In this document: piece by piece, positions 43,250 to 54,800 of the stretch
Position numbering within the stretch: position 1 is the first letter of the stretch
Layout of the letters: each line of letters begins with the position of its first letter
Source of the DNA: the human T2T-CHM13v2.0 reference genome, Homo sapiens
NCBI RefSeq assembly: GCF_009914755.1
Contig: NC_060933.1
Direction: 5' to 3' (one strand)
DNA: 64,000 nucleotides
Translations under genes and position numbers: made by a program
The notes under the pieces: model-generated
What the model was told of the DNA's origin: nothing
What the model saw: only the letters and a program-made list of their open reading frames with translations
Database searches by the model: none

Positions 43250-45880
43250 CCTGTGTCCGTTGTGAGCATTCTCTTTTTTCCTGCTATTAGGAACAATTTC
43301 ACAGAGTGTGTGTACACAGCCTGCGATATGAAAACTAATATCCTCTGCACCTCCGCATATACGGACCATATCACACAATGGGTGTACACTTTTTGCGGGA
43401 TTTGGGGTCATGTCATCCTGTGTTTCCCTAAATAGTCGGGGAAATATCACAGGCCTATTCGGAGACACATCCTACTTTTGCTACTGGAAATTAGGAGTAA
43501 TATCACAGATGGGGTGTAAAGCCGCTGTCATATTTGAAGTAATATCATGCTCTCCCCCACTAGTTGTGACGCGCAGTATCACAGGGGGTATATGCCTTCT
43601 GCAGTATTGGGAGTAATATCATCATCTCTTCCTTTACATGATAGGAACAACATCAGAGACGGGGTGTACACCCCGTGTGTTTTTGAAAGCAATGTCATTC
43701 ACTCTTCTTCTAGATTTTACGATTCATATCACAGGCGGGGTGTGCACCCCTTCTTATATTGGGAGTCATCGGATCCTTTTTCAAGCTGTATATTTAGAAC
43801 AATATCCCATGGGGCTGTACATGTCTTCGATACTGGTCGTAATATCATCTTGTCCTTTCCTGGATACAAGAAAAAATATCACAGACGAGGTGTACACCCC
43901 TTGTAATATTGGGAGTAATATCACCTCTCCCCATGTGGTTATTAAGGACAAAATCACAGGGTGGTGTACAGTTCCTACTTTATTGAGAGTAATATCATCC
44001 ATTCACCCCCTGGATATCAGGAGCCATATCACAGAAGAGTTGTATACCCCCTTCGATATTGTCAGCAATATCACCGTCTTCCCACCTAGATATTAGGAAA
44101 AATACCCCGGGGGGCTTGGGGGTGTACACCCACTGCGAGATCCAGAGTAATATCAGCCTTTTCCCGCTGGATATTAGGAAGTATATCACAGGTGTGTGTG
44201 CACCTTCTGCGATATTGGGAGTAATATCAGCCTCTACCCCGCTGCATATTAGGAACAATATACGGGGGCGTGGGGGTTACGCTCCCTGCGATATTGAGAG
44301 TAATGTTATTCTCTTCTCCCTGTACATTAGGAACTATATCACGGGGTCTGTACACCTTCTGCCATGTTGGGATTAATGTAATCCTCTCCCCCCATTGAAT
44401 ATCAAAAACAATATCACAGAAGGGCGTACACCCTCTGCGATATGGCCAGTAATATCATCGTCTCTACCTTTGGATACTAGGAACAACATCACAGAGGGTG
44501 TGTACACCCCCTGCGATATTGGGCGTAATGTTAGCCTCTCTTCCCCTGGATATGAGGAACAACATCCCTGGTCGGGGGAGGTGGAGTACATTAAGAACAA
44601 TATCTGAAGGAGGTGGGTGTACACCCCTTGAGATATTGGGTGTAGTACCATCCTCTCTTTCCTAGGATATTAAGAACAATATCACAGGAGGGGTGTACAG
44701 CCCCTGCGATATTGGGAGTAATATCATCCCCTCCCCCTCTCTATATAAGGAACAATATCCCGGGGTGGGTGTACATCCCCTGCGATATTGGGCATAATGT
44801 CATCGTCTCCCAACGCGGATATTGGGAATAATGTCCCAGGGGGTTGTACACCTTCTTCGATATTGGGAGTAGTATCGTCCTCTCCCCTCGGGATTGTAGG
44901 CAAAATATGCAAGGGGTTTTACAGCTCATGCGATATGGGCAGTAATATCATCCTCTCTCCACCTAGATATTAGGAACTATATCACAGGCGGCTGTACACT
45001 TCTTGCGATATTGGGAGTAATATCATCCTCTCCCATCATGGATATTAAGAACAATATTACCAAAGAGGTGTACACCCCCTGCGGTATTGACAGTAATATT
45101 TGGCTCTCCCCTTCGGGTTATTAGGAACAATATCGCAGGAGGTGTGCACAACCCCTGAGATATTGGGAGTCATATCATCCTCTCCCCCTGAATATAAGAA
45201 ACAATATCACGGGAGGATGTACACCCCGTGTGATATTGGGAGTAATATCATTTTCTCCCCTTCGGGATATTCGGAACAATACCACAGTGGGTGTGTACAG
45301 CCGCTGCGACATTGCCACCAGTATCATCCTCTCCCTCCCAGGATATAAGGAACAATGTCACAAGGGGGCGCACACCCCCTGCGATATTGGGGGTAATTTC
45401 TCCCTCTGCCTCGCTGGCTATTAGGAACAATGTCACAGAAGGGGTGTCCACTCCCTGCTATATTGGGAGTGAGATCTTCCTCTCCGTCCCTGAATATTAG
45501 GAACAATATCCCTAGGGAGTGTACACCTCCTGCAATAGTGAGACTAAGATCATCCTCTCGCCCCCTGGATATTAGGTTCAATATCATAGGGGTGGTGTAC
45601 ACCCCCTGCGAAATTGGAAGAAATATCATCCTCTCCACCTTTGGACGTTAGGGACAGTATCACGGGGGAGGTCTACGCCCCCTGCGATATTGGGAGTCAT
45701 ATCATCCGCTCCCACCCAGGACATTAGGAACAAGATGACTGAACGGAGGTACACCCGCAGCGATATTTTCAATAATGTCATCCTCTACGCCCTGGCAATT
45801 AGGAGAAACATCATAGAGGGGTGTACACTTTCAGCGACATCGGGAGTAATATCCTCTCCCCCACAGATATCAGGAACAGT
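43250..45880. repeat. SATR-like satellite, orientation A, second block
   Basis: Same monomer; 44392-45880 is collinear with 40110-41595. Confidence 0.87.
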
Positions 45881-46295
45881 TATATTAATTATTAATATTA
45901 ATAAATATATTAATAATTAATAGTAATCATCGATATTAATAATTGCAATGGAGATAGTAAAAGTTAATACAGATTAAAAATATTAACAATTACTATTAAT
46001 AACAATATCACTATTAATAATAAAATAATGATATTATTAATCAATGTTACATAAATCAGTCATAAGTGAAGTTGGTAATAAAACAATAATTAATATGAAG
46101 ATTAATAACTAATATTATTGAAAAATGACATTAATACAGATAATTTTAATCGTGCATAATCGTACATTTAAAATAATCATTAATGATTAATAACGTCATA
46201 CTATTAATTAATATTACCATTGATAATTATTAAGACTGATGTTTAATAATTAATAATATTATTAAGATTGATGCTTAATAATTAATCGTATTATT
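45881..46295. repeat. AT-rich low-complexity core 2 (paralog of core 1)
   Basis: Collinear with 41596-42015. Confidence 0.9.
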
Positions 46296-47200
46296 TCTCC
46301 TAATACCGCAGGGGGTGTACACCTACCCGTGATATTGTTCCTAATATCCAGGGATGGAGAGCATGATATTAGTTTTAATATCTCAGTAGGTGTACACTCA
46401 CCCTGTGACACTGATCCTAATATCCAGGGAGTAGAGTATGACATGACTCCCAACATAGCAATGAATGTACAGCCACCCGGTGATATTGCTCCTAATATTC
46501 ACGGAAGAAGCGTAGGATATTACTTCCAAAATCGCAGGGAGTGTACACCTCTTCTGTGATATTGTTCCTGGTATCCGGAGGGGGAGAGGATGATAATAAT
46601 TCCAGTATCGCAGGCTGTGATCACCCACCCTGTGATATTGTTATTAACATCCTGAAAGGGAGAGGATGATATTACTCCCCGTAATAGATAGATATTACTC
46701 CCCATAACAGAGCAGGAGGTGTACACCCACCCTGTGATATTGTTCCTAATAATCAGAGGCCGAGAGGTCGATATTACTCCCAATATGGCAGGAAGTGTAC
46801 ACCCCCGTGTGAGATGGTCCTTAATAATATTCCAAGGTGGAGGGGGAGATATTACTCCCAATATCGCAGAAAGTGTACACCCCCAGGGATATTGTTCTCA
46901 TGATCCTGGAGGGAAGAGGATGATATCACTTTAAATATCACAGAAGGTGTGCACACCCCCACTGATATCGGTTCTAATTTCCACGTGGGAGAGGAGGATG
47001 TGACGCCCAATCACACCTGCAGTAGAAACACAGCTGTAATACTGTTCTTAATATTCAGGGAGGAAGACGATGATATTACTCCCAAAACAGACGGCTGTAC
47101 ACCCTCTGCACACCGAGGGTGTACCCCCATCTGTGAAATAGTTTATAATTTCCAGAGGGGGAGATGATATCACTCCGAATACCATAAACAGGCTGTGAGT
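46296..47200. repeat. SATR-like satellite, orientation B, second block
   Basis: Collinear with 42016-42925. Confidence 0.85.
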
Positions 47201-47204
47201 CCAC

Positions 47205-50200
47205 CGCGGATCCTAAAAACCAGGGAGGGAAGAGGGGCTGGCACTTACTCCCCGCATCGCGGGGGGTGTCTCAACCCCTTGCGATGGGGGTCCTAAGAGC
47301 CAGGGTGGGAAGAGGGGCTGCCTCTTACACCCCGCATCAAGGGGAGTCCCGGCGATGGGGGTCCTAAGAGCTAGTGGGGGAAGAGGGCCTGGCTCTTATT
47401 CCCCGACTCGCGAGGGATGCCTCCCCCCTCTGCGATGGGGGTCCCAAGAGCCACGGGGGAAGAGGGGCTGCCTCTCAGTCCCCGCCTCGCGGGGGGTGCC
47501 TCCTCCCCCTGCGATGGGGGTCCTAAGAGCCAGGGGGGGAAAGGAGCTGGCTCTCAGTCCCTGTCTCGCGGGGCGTGCCTCCCCCCACTGCGATGGGGGT
47601 CCTAAGAGCCCGGGGGGGGTAAGAGGGGCTGGCTCTCAGTCCCCGCCTCGCGGGAGGTGCCTCCTCCCACTGCGATGGGGGTCCCAAGAGCCAGGGAGGG
47701 AAGAGGGGCTGGTTCTCAGTCCCCGCCTCGCGGGGGGTGCCTCCACCCCTTCCGATGGGGGTCCCAAGACCCAGGGAGGGGAGAGGGGCTGGCTCTCAGT
47801 CCCCTCCTCCCGGGAGGTACCTCCCCCGACTGCAATGGGGGTCCCAAGAGACAGGGGGGGGAAGAGGGGCTGGCTCTCAGACCACGCCTCGTGGGGGATG
47901 CCTCCCCCACTGCGATTGGGGTCCCAACAGCCAGCGGGGGAAGAGGGGCTGGCTGAGTCCCCGCCTCGCGGGGGGTGCCTCACCACCCCTGCGATGGGGG
48001 TTCCAAGAGCCAGGAAGGGAAGAGGGGCTGGCTCTCAGTCCCCGCCTCGCGGGGGTGCCTCCCCCCCCGAGATGGGGGTCCTAAGAGCCAGTGGGGGATG
48101 AGGGGCTGGCTCTCAGTCCCAGCCTCGCGGGGGTTGCCTCCCCCCCAGGCGATGGGGGTCCTAAGAGCCAGGGGGGAAAGAGGGGCAGGCTCTCATTCCC
48201 CGCCTCGCGGGGGGTGCCTACCTCCCCTGCGATGGGGGTCCTAAGAGCCAGGAGGGGAAGAGGGGCTGGTTCTCAGTCCCCGCCTCGCGGGGGATGCCTC
48301 CCCGTGCTGCGATGGGGGTCCTAAAAGCCAAGGGGTGAAGAGGGGCTGGCTGTCAGTCCCCACCTCGCGAGGGGTGCCTCTCCCCCCTGCGATAGGTGTC
48401 CTAATAGCCAGGGGGGGAAGAGGGGCTGGCTCTCAGTCCCTGCCTCGCGGGTGGACCTTCCCCCCTCTGCGATGGGGGTCCTAAGAGCAAGGGGGGGAAG
48501 TGGGGCTGGCTCCCAGTCCCCGCCTCGCCGGGGGTGCCTCGCACCCTTGCGATGGGGGTCCTAAGGGCCCAGGAGGAAGAGGGGCTGTCTCTCAGTCCCC
48601 GCCTCGCGGGGAGTGCCTCCCCTTCCTGCGACGGGGGTCCTAAGAGGCCCTGGGGGAAGAGGGGCTGGCTCTGAGACCCCACCTCGCGGGGGGTGCCTCC
48701 CCCCACTGCGATGGGGGTCCTAAGAGCCAGTGGGGGAAGAGGGGCTGGCTCTCAGTCCCCGCCTCGCGGGGAGTGCCTCCCCCCTCTGCGATGGGGGTCC
48801 CAAGACACAGGGGGGGAAGAGGGGCAGCCTCTCAGTCCCGGCCTCGCAGGGGGTGCATCCCCTTCCTGCGATGGGGGTCCTAAGAGCCAGGGGGGGAAGA
48901 GGAGCTGGAAGTCAGTCCCCGCCTCGCGGGGGGTGCCTCCCCCCCTTTCCATGGGGGTCCTAAGAGCCAGGAGCGGAAGAGGGGCTGGCTCTCTGTACCC
49001 GCCTCGCGGGGGGTGCCTCCCCGCCCTGTGATGGGGGTCCTAAGAGCCAGAAGGCTCAGAGGGGCTGGCTCTCAGTCCCCGCCTCGCGGGGGGTGCCTCC
49101 TCCCCCTGCGATGGGGGTCCTAAGAGCCAGTGGGGGAATAGGGGCTGGCTCTCAGTTACCGCCTCGCGGGGGGTGCCTCCGCCCGCTGCGATGGGGTTCC
49201 TAAGAGCCAGGGGGGGAAGAGGGGTTGGCTCTCAGTCCCCGCCTCGCTGGGGGTGCCTCCTCTCCCTGCGATGGGGGTCCTAAGGGCCCAGGAGGAAGAG
49301 GGGCTGTCTCTCAGTCCCCGCCTCGCGGGGAGTGCCTCCCCTTCCTGCGATGGGGGTCCTAAGAGCCAGGAGGGGAAGAGGGGCTGGCTTTCAGTCACCA
49401 CAGCTTGGGGGGCCTTTATGTTCTGGTTTTACCCAAGAGTCAGCTGATTTGCTTCTTGTACTAGCAGGGCAGTTGCTGCCAAGGCCCTCAAACAGGGGGG
49501 CCATCCTTTAGAAACCCTGTCTAGCTGTTTAGAGAGGTAGGCCACCGGCCTCAGCCAGGGCCCCACAGTTTGGGTTTAAAGTCCAGCTGCCATCTTTTCT
49601 CTGACGCATACAATGGAAAAGGCTTTGTGAGATCCGGTAGCCCCTGGGCTGGGGCTTCCAGAAGTTTTTCGTTTAACTCATGAAAGACCTGCTGTTGTTG
49701 GAATCCCCATTCCAAATGTTCCCGGTCCCCGCCCCCTTTGTGACGTCATACAAAGGCTTGGCTAATACTGCAAAGTTTGGGCTCCGCAATCTACAAAACC
49801 CCACAGCTCCTAGGAATTCTCTCACCAGCCTTCTGCCCTTAGGCTCCGGTAGATTGCAAATGACCTGCTTTCTTTGGGATCCCGGTCTGCTTTTGGACAC
49901 CTGTCCAATAGTAAATCCCAAGTAAGGTACCTGCGGTCGTCGGCAGATCTGAGTTTTCTTCTTGGACACCTAATACCCACAGCCCTCCAGGTCGGTCCTA
50001 AGGATCTTAGAATCCTCGATGGGGGTCATAAGCCAGTGGGGGAAGAGGGACTGGCTCTCAGTCCCCGCCTCGCGGGGTGTGCCTCCCCCGTGTGATGGGG
50101 ATCCTCAGAGTTGGGCGGGGAAGAAGGGCTGGCTCTCAGTCACCGCCTCGCGGGGGGTGCCTCCCCCCCCTGCGATGGGGGTCCTAAGAGCCAGGGGGGA

Positions 50201-51000
50201 AAGAGCGGCTGGCTCTCAGTCCCCGCCTCGCGGGGGGTGCCTCCCCCCCCTGCGATGGGGGTCCTAAGAGAAATGGAGGGAAGAGGGGCTGGCTCTCAGT
50301 CCCCGCCACGAGGGGGGTGCCTCTCCCCCTGCGATGGGGATCCCAAGAGCCGGGGGGGTAGAGTGGCTGGCTCTAAGTCCGCGCCTCGCGAGGGGTGCAT
50401 CCCCCCACTGCGATGGGGGTCCTAAGAGCCAGGGGGGGAAGAAGGGCTGACTCTCAGTCCCTGCCTCGCGGGGGGTGCCTCACCCCCTGCGATGGGGATC
50501 CTAAGAGCCAGGGGGGGAAGAGGGGCTGGCTCTCAGTCCCCGCCTCGCTGGGCGTGCCTCCCCCTCCTGCGATGGGGGTCCTAAGAGCTAGGAGGGGAAG
50601 AGGAGCTGGCTCTCAGTCCCCACCTGGCGGGGGGTGCCTCCCCCACTTGCGATGGGGGTCCTAAGAGCTTCGGGGGAAGAGGGTCTGGATCTCAGTCCCT
50701 GCCTCGCGGGGGGTGCCTTGCTACCCTGCGATGGGGGTCCTAAGAGCCAGGCAGGGAAGAGGGGTTGGCTCCCAGTCCCCGCCGCGCGGGGGGTGCCTCC
50801 CCCCCACTGCGATGGGGGTCCTAAGAGCCATGGGGGGAAGACGGGCTGGCTCTCAGTCCCCGCCTCGCAGAGGGTTCCTCGCCGCCTCGCGATACGGATC
50901 CTAAGAGCCAGGGGGGGAACAGGGGCTGGCTCAGTCCCCGCCTCGCGGGGGGTGGCTCGCTCCCCTGCGATGGGCATCCTAAGAGCCCGGGGAGGAAGAG
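47205..51000. repeat. GC-rich ~79-bp tandem repeat (GC morph of the satellite), interrupted by a HERV fragment
   Basis: Consensus CTGCGATGGGGGTCCTAAGAGCCAGGGGGGAAGAGGGGCTGGCTCTCAGTCCCCGCCTCGCGGGGGGTGCCTCCCCC; 42 of 60 bases G/C in 48721-48780. Confidence 0.9.
49397..49992 (-). mobile_element. Class I (gammaretrovirus-like; HERV3/HERV-E group) pol internal fragment
   Basis: Minus-strand translation SKKKTQIC..QVPYLGFTI..REFLGAVGFCRL..PNFAVLAKPLY, continuing through frameshifts to APALGLPDLTKPF and [22 protein letters not shown]. This is the RT thumb/connection region. Confidence 0.85.
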
Positions 51001-51372
51001 GGGGAGAGGATGATAATAATTTCAGCATCGCAGGCTGTGTTCACCCAGCCTGTTAAATCGTTATTAATATCCTGAAAGGGAGAGGATGATATTACTCCCC
51101 ATAACAGACAGATATGACTCCCCATCATAGAGCACGAGGTATACACCCGCCCTGTGATTTTCTTCCTCATATTCAGAGACCGAGAGGTTGATGTCACTCC
51201 CAATATCGGAGGAAGTATACACCCCCGTGTGAGATGGTCCTTAATAATATTCCACGGCGGAGGGGGTGATATGACTACATACATGGCAGAAAGTGGAAAC
51301 CCCCCAGGGATATTGTTCCCACGATCCTGGAGGGAAGAAGATGATGTTACTTTCAATATGACAGAAGGTGGA

Positions 51373-52393
51373 TGAAGTGGTGGACTGCCCCTCCACACCT
51401 GTGAGTATTTCTAGTTGGGTGGGACGAGAGACTGAGAAAAGAAATAAGACACAGAGACAAAGTGTCAAGATACAACAGTGGGTCCAGGGGACCGGCGCTC
51501 AGCACACCAAGGACCTGCACCGGCACCAGACTCTGAGTTCCCTCAGTTTTTATTGATTATGATTTTCATTATTTTAGCAGAAAGGAATGTAGTAGGAGAG
51601 CAGGGTGATGATAAGGAGAGAGTCAGCAGAAGACATGTGAGCAAAAGAATCTATGTCATAATTAGGTTCAAGGGAAGGTACTGGACGTGCACGTAAGCCA
51701 GATTTGTTTCTCTCCACCCAAACATCTCAGTGGAGTAAAGAATAACAAGGCAGTGTTACTGCAAACATGTCTCGCCTCCCGCCACAGGGCAGCTTTTCTC
51801 CTATCTCAGAGTTGAACGAATGTACAATCGGGTTTTACACCGAGACATTCAGTTCCCAGGGGCAAGCAGGAGATAGTGGCCTTCCTCCACCTCAGCTGCA
51901 AGAGGCTTTCCTCTTTTACTAATCCACCTCAGCACAGACCCTTTACGGGTGTCGGGCTGGGGGACAGTCAGGTCTTTCTCATCCCATGAGGCTATATTTC
52001 AGTCTATCACATGGGGAGAAAGCTTGGACAATACCCTGCTTTCAAGGGCAGAGGTCCCTGCGGCTTTCCACAGTGCATTGTGCCCCTGGTTTATTGAGAC
52101 TAGAGAATGGCGATGACTTTTACCAAGTATACTGCTGGTAACATTTTGTTAACAAGGCACGTCCTGCACAGCCCTACATCCCTTAAACTTTGATTTTATA
52201 CAACACATGTTTTTGTGAGCTCCAGGTTGGGTCAAAGTGGCTGGGGCCAAGCAGCTAGGGCAAAGCCACAAATTAACAACATCTCAGCAAAGCAATTGTT
52301 TAAAGGACAGGTCTTTTTCCAAATGGAGTCTCTTATGTCTTTCCTTTCTACATAGACACAGTGACAGTCTGATCTCGCTTTCTTTTCCCCACA
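51373..52393 (-). mobile_element. HERV-K(HML-2) solo LTR, LTR5A-type
   Basis: Minus strand TGTGGGGAAAAGAAAGCGAGATCAGACTG...CCACTTCA, 1021 bp, TG..CA ends; 6-bp TSD GGTGGA at 51367-51372 and 52394-52399. Confidence 0.92.
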
Positions 52394-54800
52394 GGTGGAC
52401 ACGCCCCCACTGATATTCCTTCTAATTGCAACGTGGGAGAGGAGGATATGACACGCGATATCTCAGGGAGTAGAAACACCCCTGTGATACTGTTCTTAAT
52501 ATTCAGGGAGGAAGAGGATGATATTACTCCCAATACAGACGGGTGTACACCCTCTGTACACCGAGGGTGTACACCCGTCTGTGAAAGAGTTCGTAATCTC
52601 CAGAGGGGGAGATGATATTACTCACTATATGGTAAAGAGGCTGTGAGTCCACGGAGGATCCTCAGAGCCAGCGGGGGAAGAGGGGCTGGCTCTGAGACCC
52701 CGCCTCGAGAGGGGTGCCTCCCCACCCTGCGATGGGGGTCCTAAAGGCCAGTGGGGGAAGAGGGGCTGGATCTGAGACCCCGCCTCGCTGGGGGTGCCTC
52801 CCCCTACTGCGATGGGGGTCCTAAGAGCCAGTGGGGGAAGAGGGGCTGGCTCTGAGACACCGCCTCGCGGGGGGTGCCTCCCCACTCTGCGATGGGGGTC
52901 CCAAGACACAGGGGGGGAAGAGGCGCATCCTCTCAGTCCCGGCCTCGCGGGGGGTGACTCCCCTTCCTGTGATGGGGGTCCTAAGAGCCAGGGGGGGAAG
53001 AGGAGCTGGCTGTCAGTCCCCGCCTCGCGGGGGGTGCCTCCCCCCCTTTCGATGGGGGTCCTAAGAGCCAGGAGCGGAAGAGGGGCTGGCTCTCTGTACC
53101 TGCCTCGCGGGGGGTGCCTCCCCGCCCTGTGATGGGGGTCCTAAGAACCAGAAGGCTTAGAGGGGCTGGCTCTCAGTTCCCGCCTCGCGGGAGGTGCCTC
53201 CGCCCGCTGCGATGGGGTTCCTAAGAGCCAGGGGGGGAAGAGGGGTTGGCTCCCAGTCCCCACCTCGCCGGGGGTGCCTCCTCCCCCTGCGATGGGGGTC
53301 CTAAGGGCCTAGGAGGAAGAGGGGCTGTCTCTCAGTCCCCGCCTCACGGGGAGTGCCTCCCCTTCCTGCGACGGGGGTCCTAACAGCCAGTGGGGGCAGA
53401 GGGGCTGGCTCTGAGACCCCGCCTCGCAGGGGGTGCCTCCCCCCCTGCGATGGGGGTCCTAAGAGCCAGTGGGGGAATAGGGGCTGGCTCTCAGTCACCG
53501 CCTCGCGGGGGGTGCCTCCGCCCGCTGCGATGGGGTTCCTAAGAGCCAGGGGGGGAAGAGGGGTTGGCTCCCAGTCCCCACCTCGCCGGGGGTGCCTCCT
53601 CCCCCTGCGATGGGGGTCCTAAGGGCCTAGGAGGAAGAGGGGCTGTCTCTCAGTCCCCGCCTCACGGGGAGTGCCTCCCCTTCCTGCGACGGGGGTCCTA
53701 ACAGCCAGTGGGGGCAGAGGGGCTGGCTCTGAGACCCCGCCTCGCAGGGGGTGCCTCCCCCCCTGCGATGGGGGTCCTAAGAGCCAGTGGGGGAAGAGGG
53801 GCTGGCTCTCAGTCCCCGCCTCGCGGGGAGTGCCTCCCCCCTCTGCGATGGGGGTCCCAAGACACATGGGGGGAAGAGGGGCAGCCTCTCAGTCCCGGCC
53901 TCGCGGGGGGTGCATCCCCTTCCTGCGATGGGGTCCTAAGAGCCAGGGGGGGAAGAGGAGCTGGCTCTCAGTCCCCGCCTCGCGGGGGGTGCCTACCCCC
54001 CTTTCGATGGGGGTCCTAAGAGCCAGGAGCGGAAGAGGGGCTGGCTCTCTGTACCCGCCTCGCGGGGGGTGCCTCCCCACCCTGTGATGGGGGTCCTAAG
54101 AGCCAGAAGGCTTAGAGGGGCTGGCTCTCAGTTCCCGCCTCGTGGGGGGTGCCTCCTTTCCTTTCTACATAGACACAGTGACAGTCTGATCTCTCTTTCT
54201 TTTCCCTACAGGTGGACACGCCCCCACTGATATTGTTTCTAATTGCAACGTGGGAGAGGAGGATATGACACGCGATATCTCAGGGAGTAGAAACACCCCT
54301 TTGATACTGTTCTTAATATTCAGTGATGAAGAGGATGATGTTACTCCCAATACAGACGGGTGTACACCCGTCTGTGAAAGAGTTCGTAATCTCCAGAGGG
54401 GGAGATGATATTACTCACAATATGGTAAACAGGCTGTGAGTCCACCGCGGATCCTCAGAGCCATGGGGGGAAGAGGGGCTGGCTGTCAGTCCCCTCCTCG
54501 CGGGAGGTGCCTCCCCCACTGCGATGGGGGTCCCAAGAGCCAGTGGGGGAAGAGGGGCTGGCTCTCAGTCTCCGCCTCTAGAGGGGTGCCTCCCCCCCAT
54601 GCAATCGGGGTCTCAAGAGCCAGGGGGGGAAGAGGGGCTGGCTCTCAGTCCCCGCCTCGCGGGGGGTGCCTCTCCCCGCTGCGATGGTTGTCCCAAGAGC
54701 CAGGGGGGGAAGAGGGGCTGGCTGTCAGTCCCCTCCTCGCGCGGGGTGCCTCCCCCACTGCTATGGGGATCCCAAGAGCCAGTGGGGGAAGAGGTGCTAG
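52394..54800. repeat. Distal satellite block: orientation-B monomers alternating with GC-morph arrays
   Basis: B monomers 52394-52650 and 54211-54440; GC arrays 52655-54155 and 54445-54800. Confidence 0.87.
54156..54210 (-). mobile_element. 55-bp remnant of the LTR5A 5' end
   Basis: Matches 52339-52393 with 2 differences and is followed by the same GGTGGACACGCCCCCACTGAT flank. Confidence 0.9.

Noticed and set aside
37350-54800. CRISPR-like appearance: regularly spaced palindromic repeats
   Set aside because: The intervening sequences are also repeated (no unique spacers), there are no cas genes, and the context is primate DNA. It is a satellite.
47205-54800. PRDM9 13-mer (CCNCCNTNNCCNC) as the driver of the GC shift
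   Set aside because: Manual check of the consensus monomer on both strands found no match; a full PWM scan was not possible
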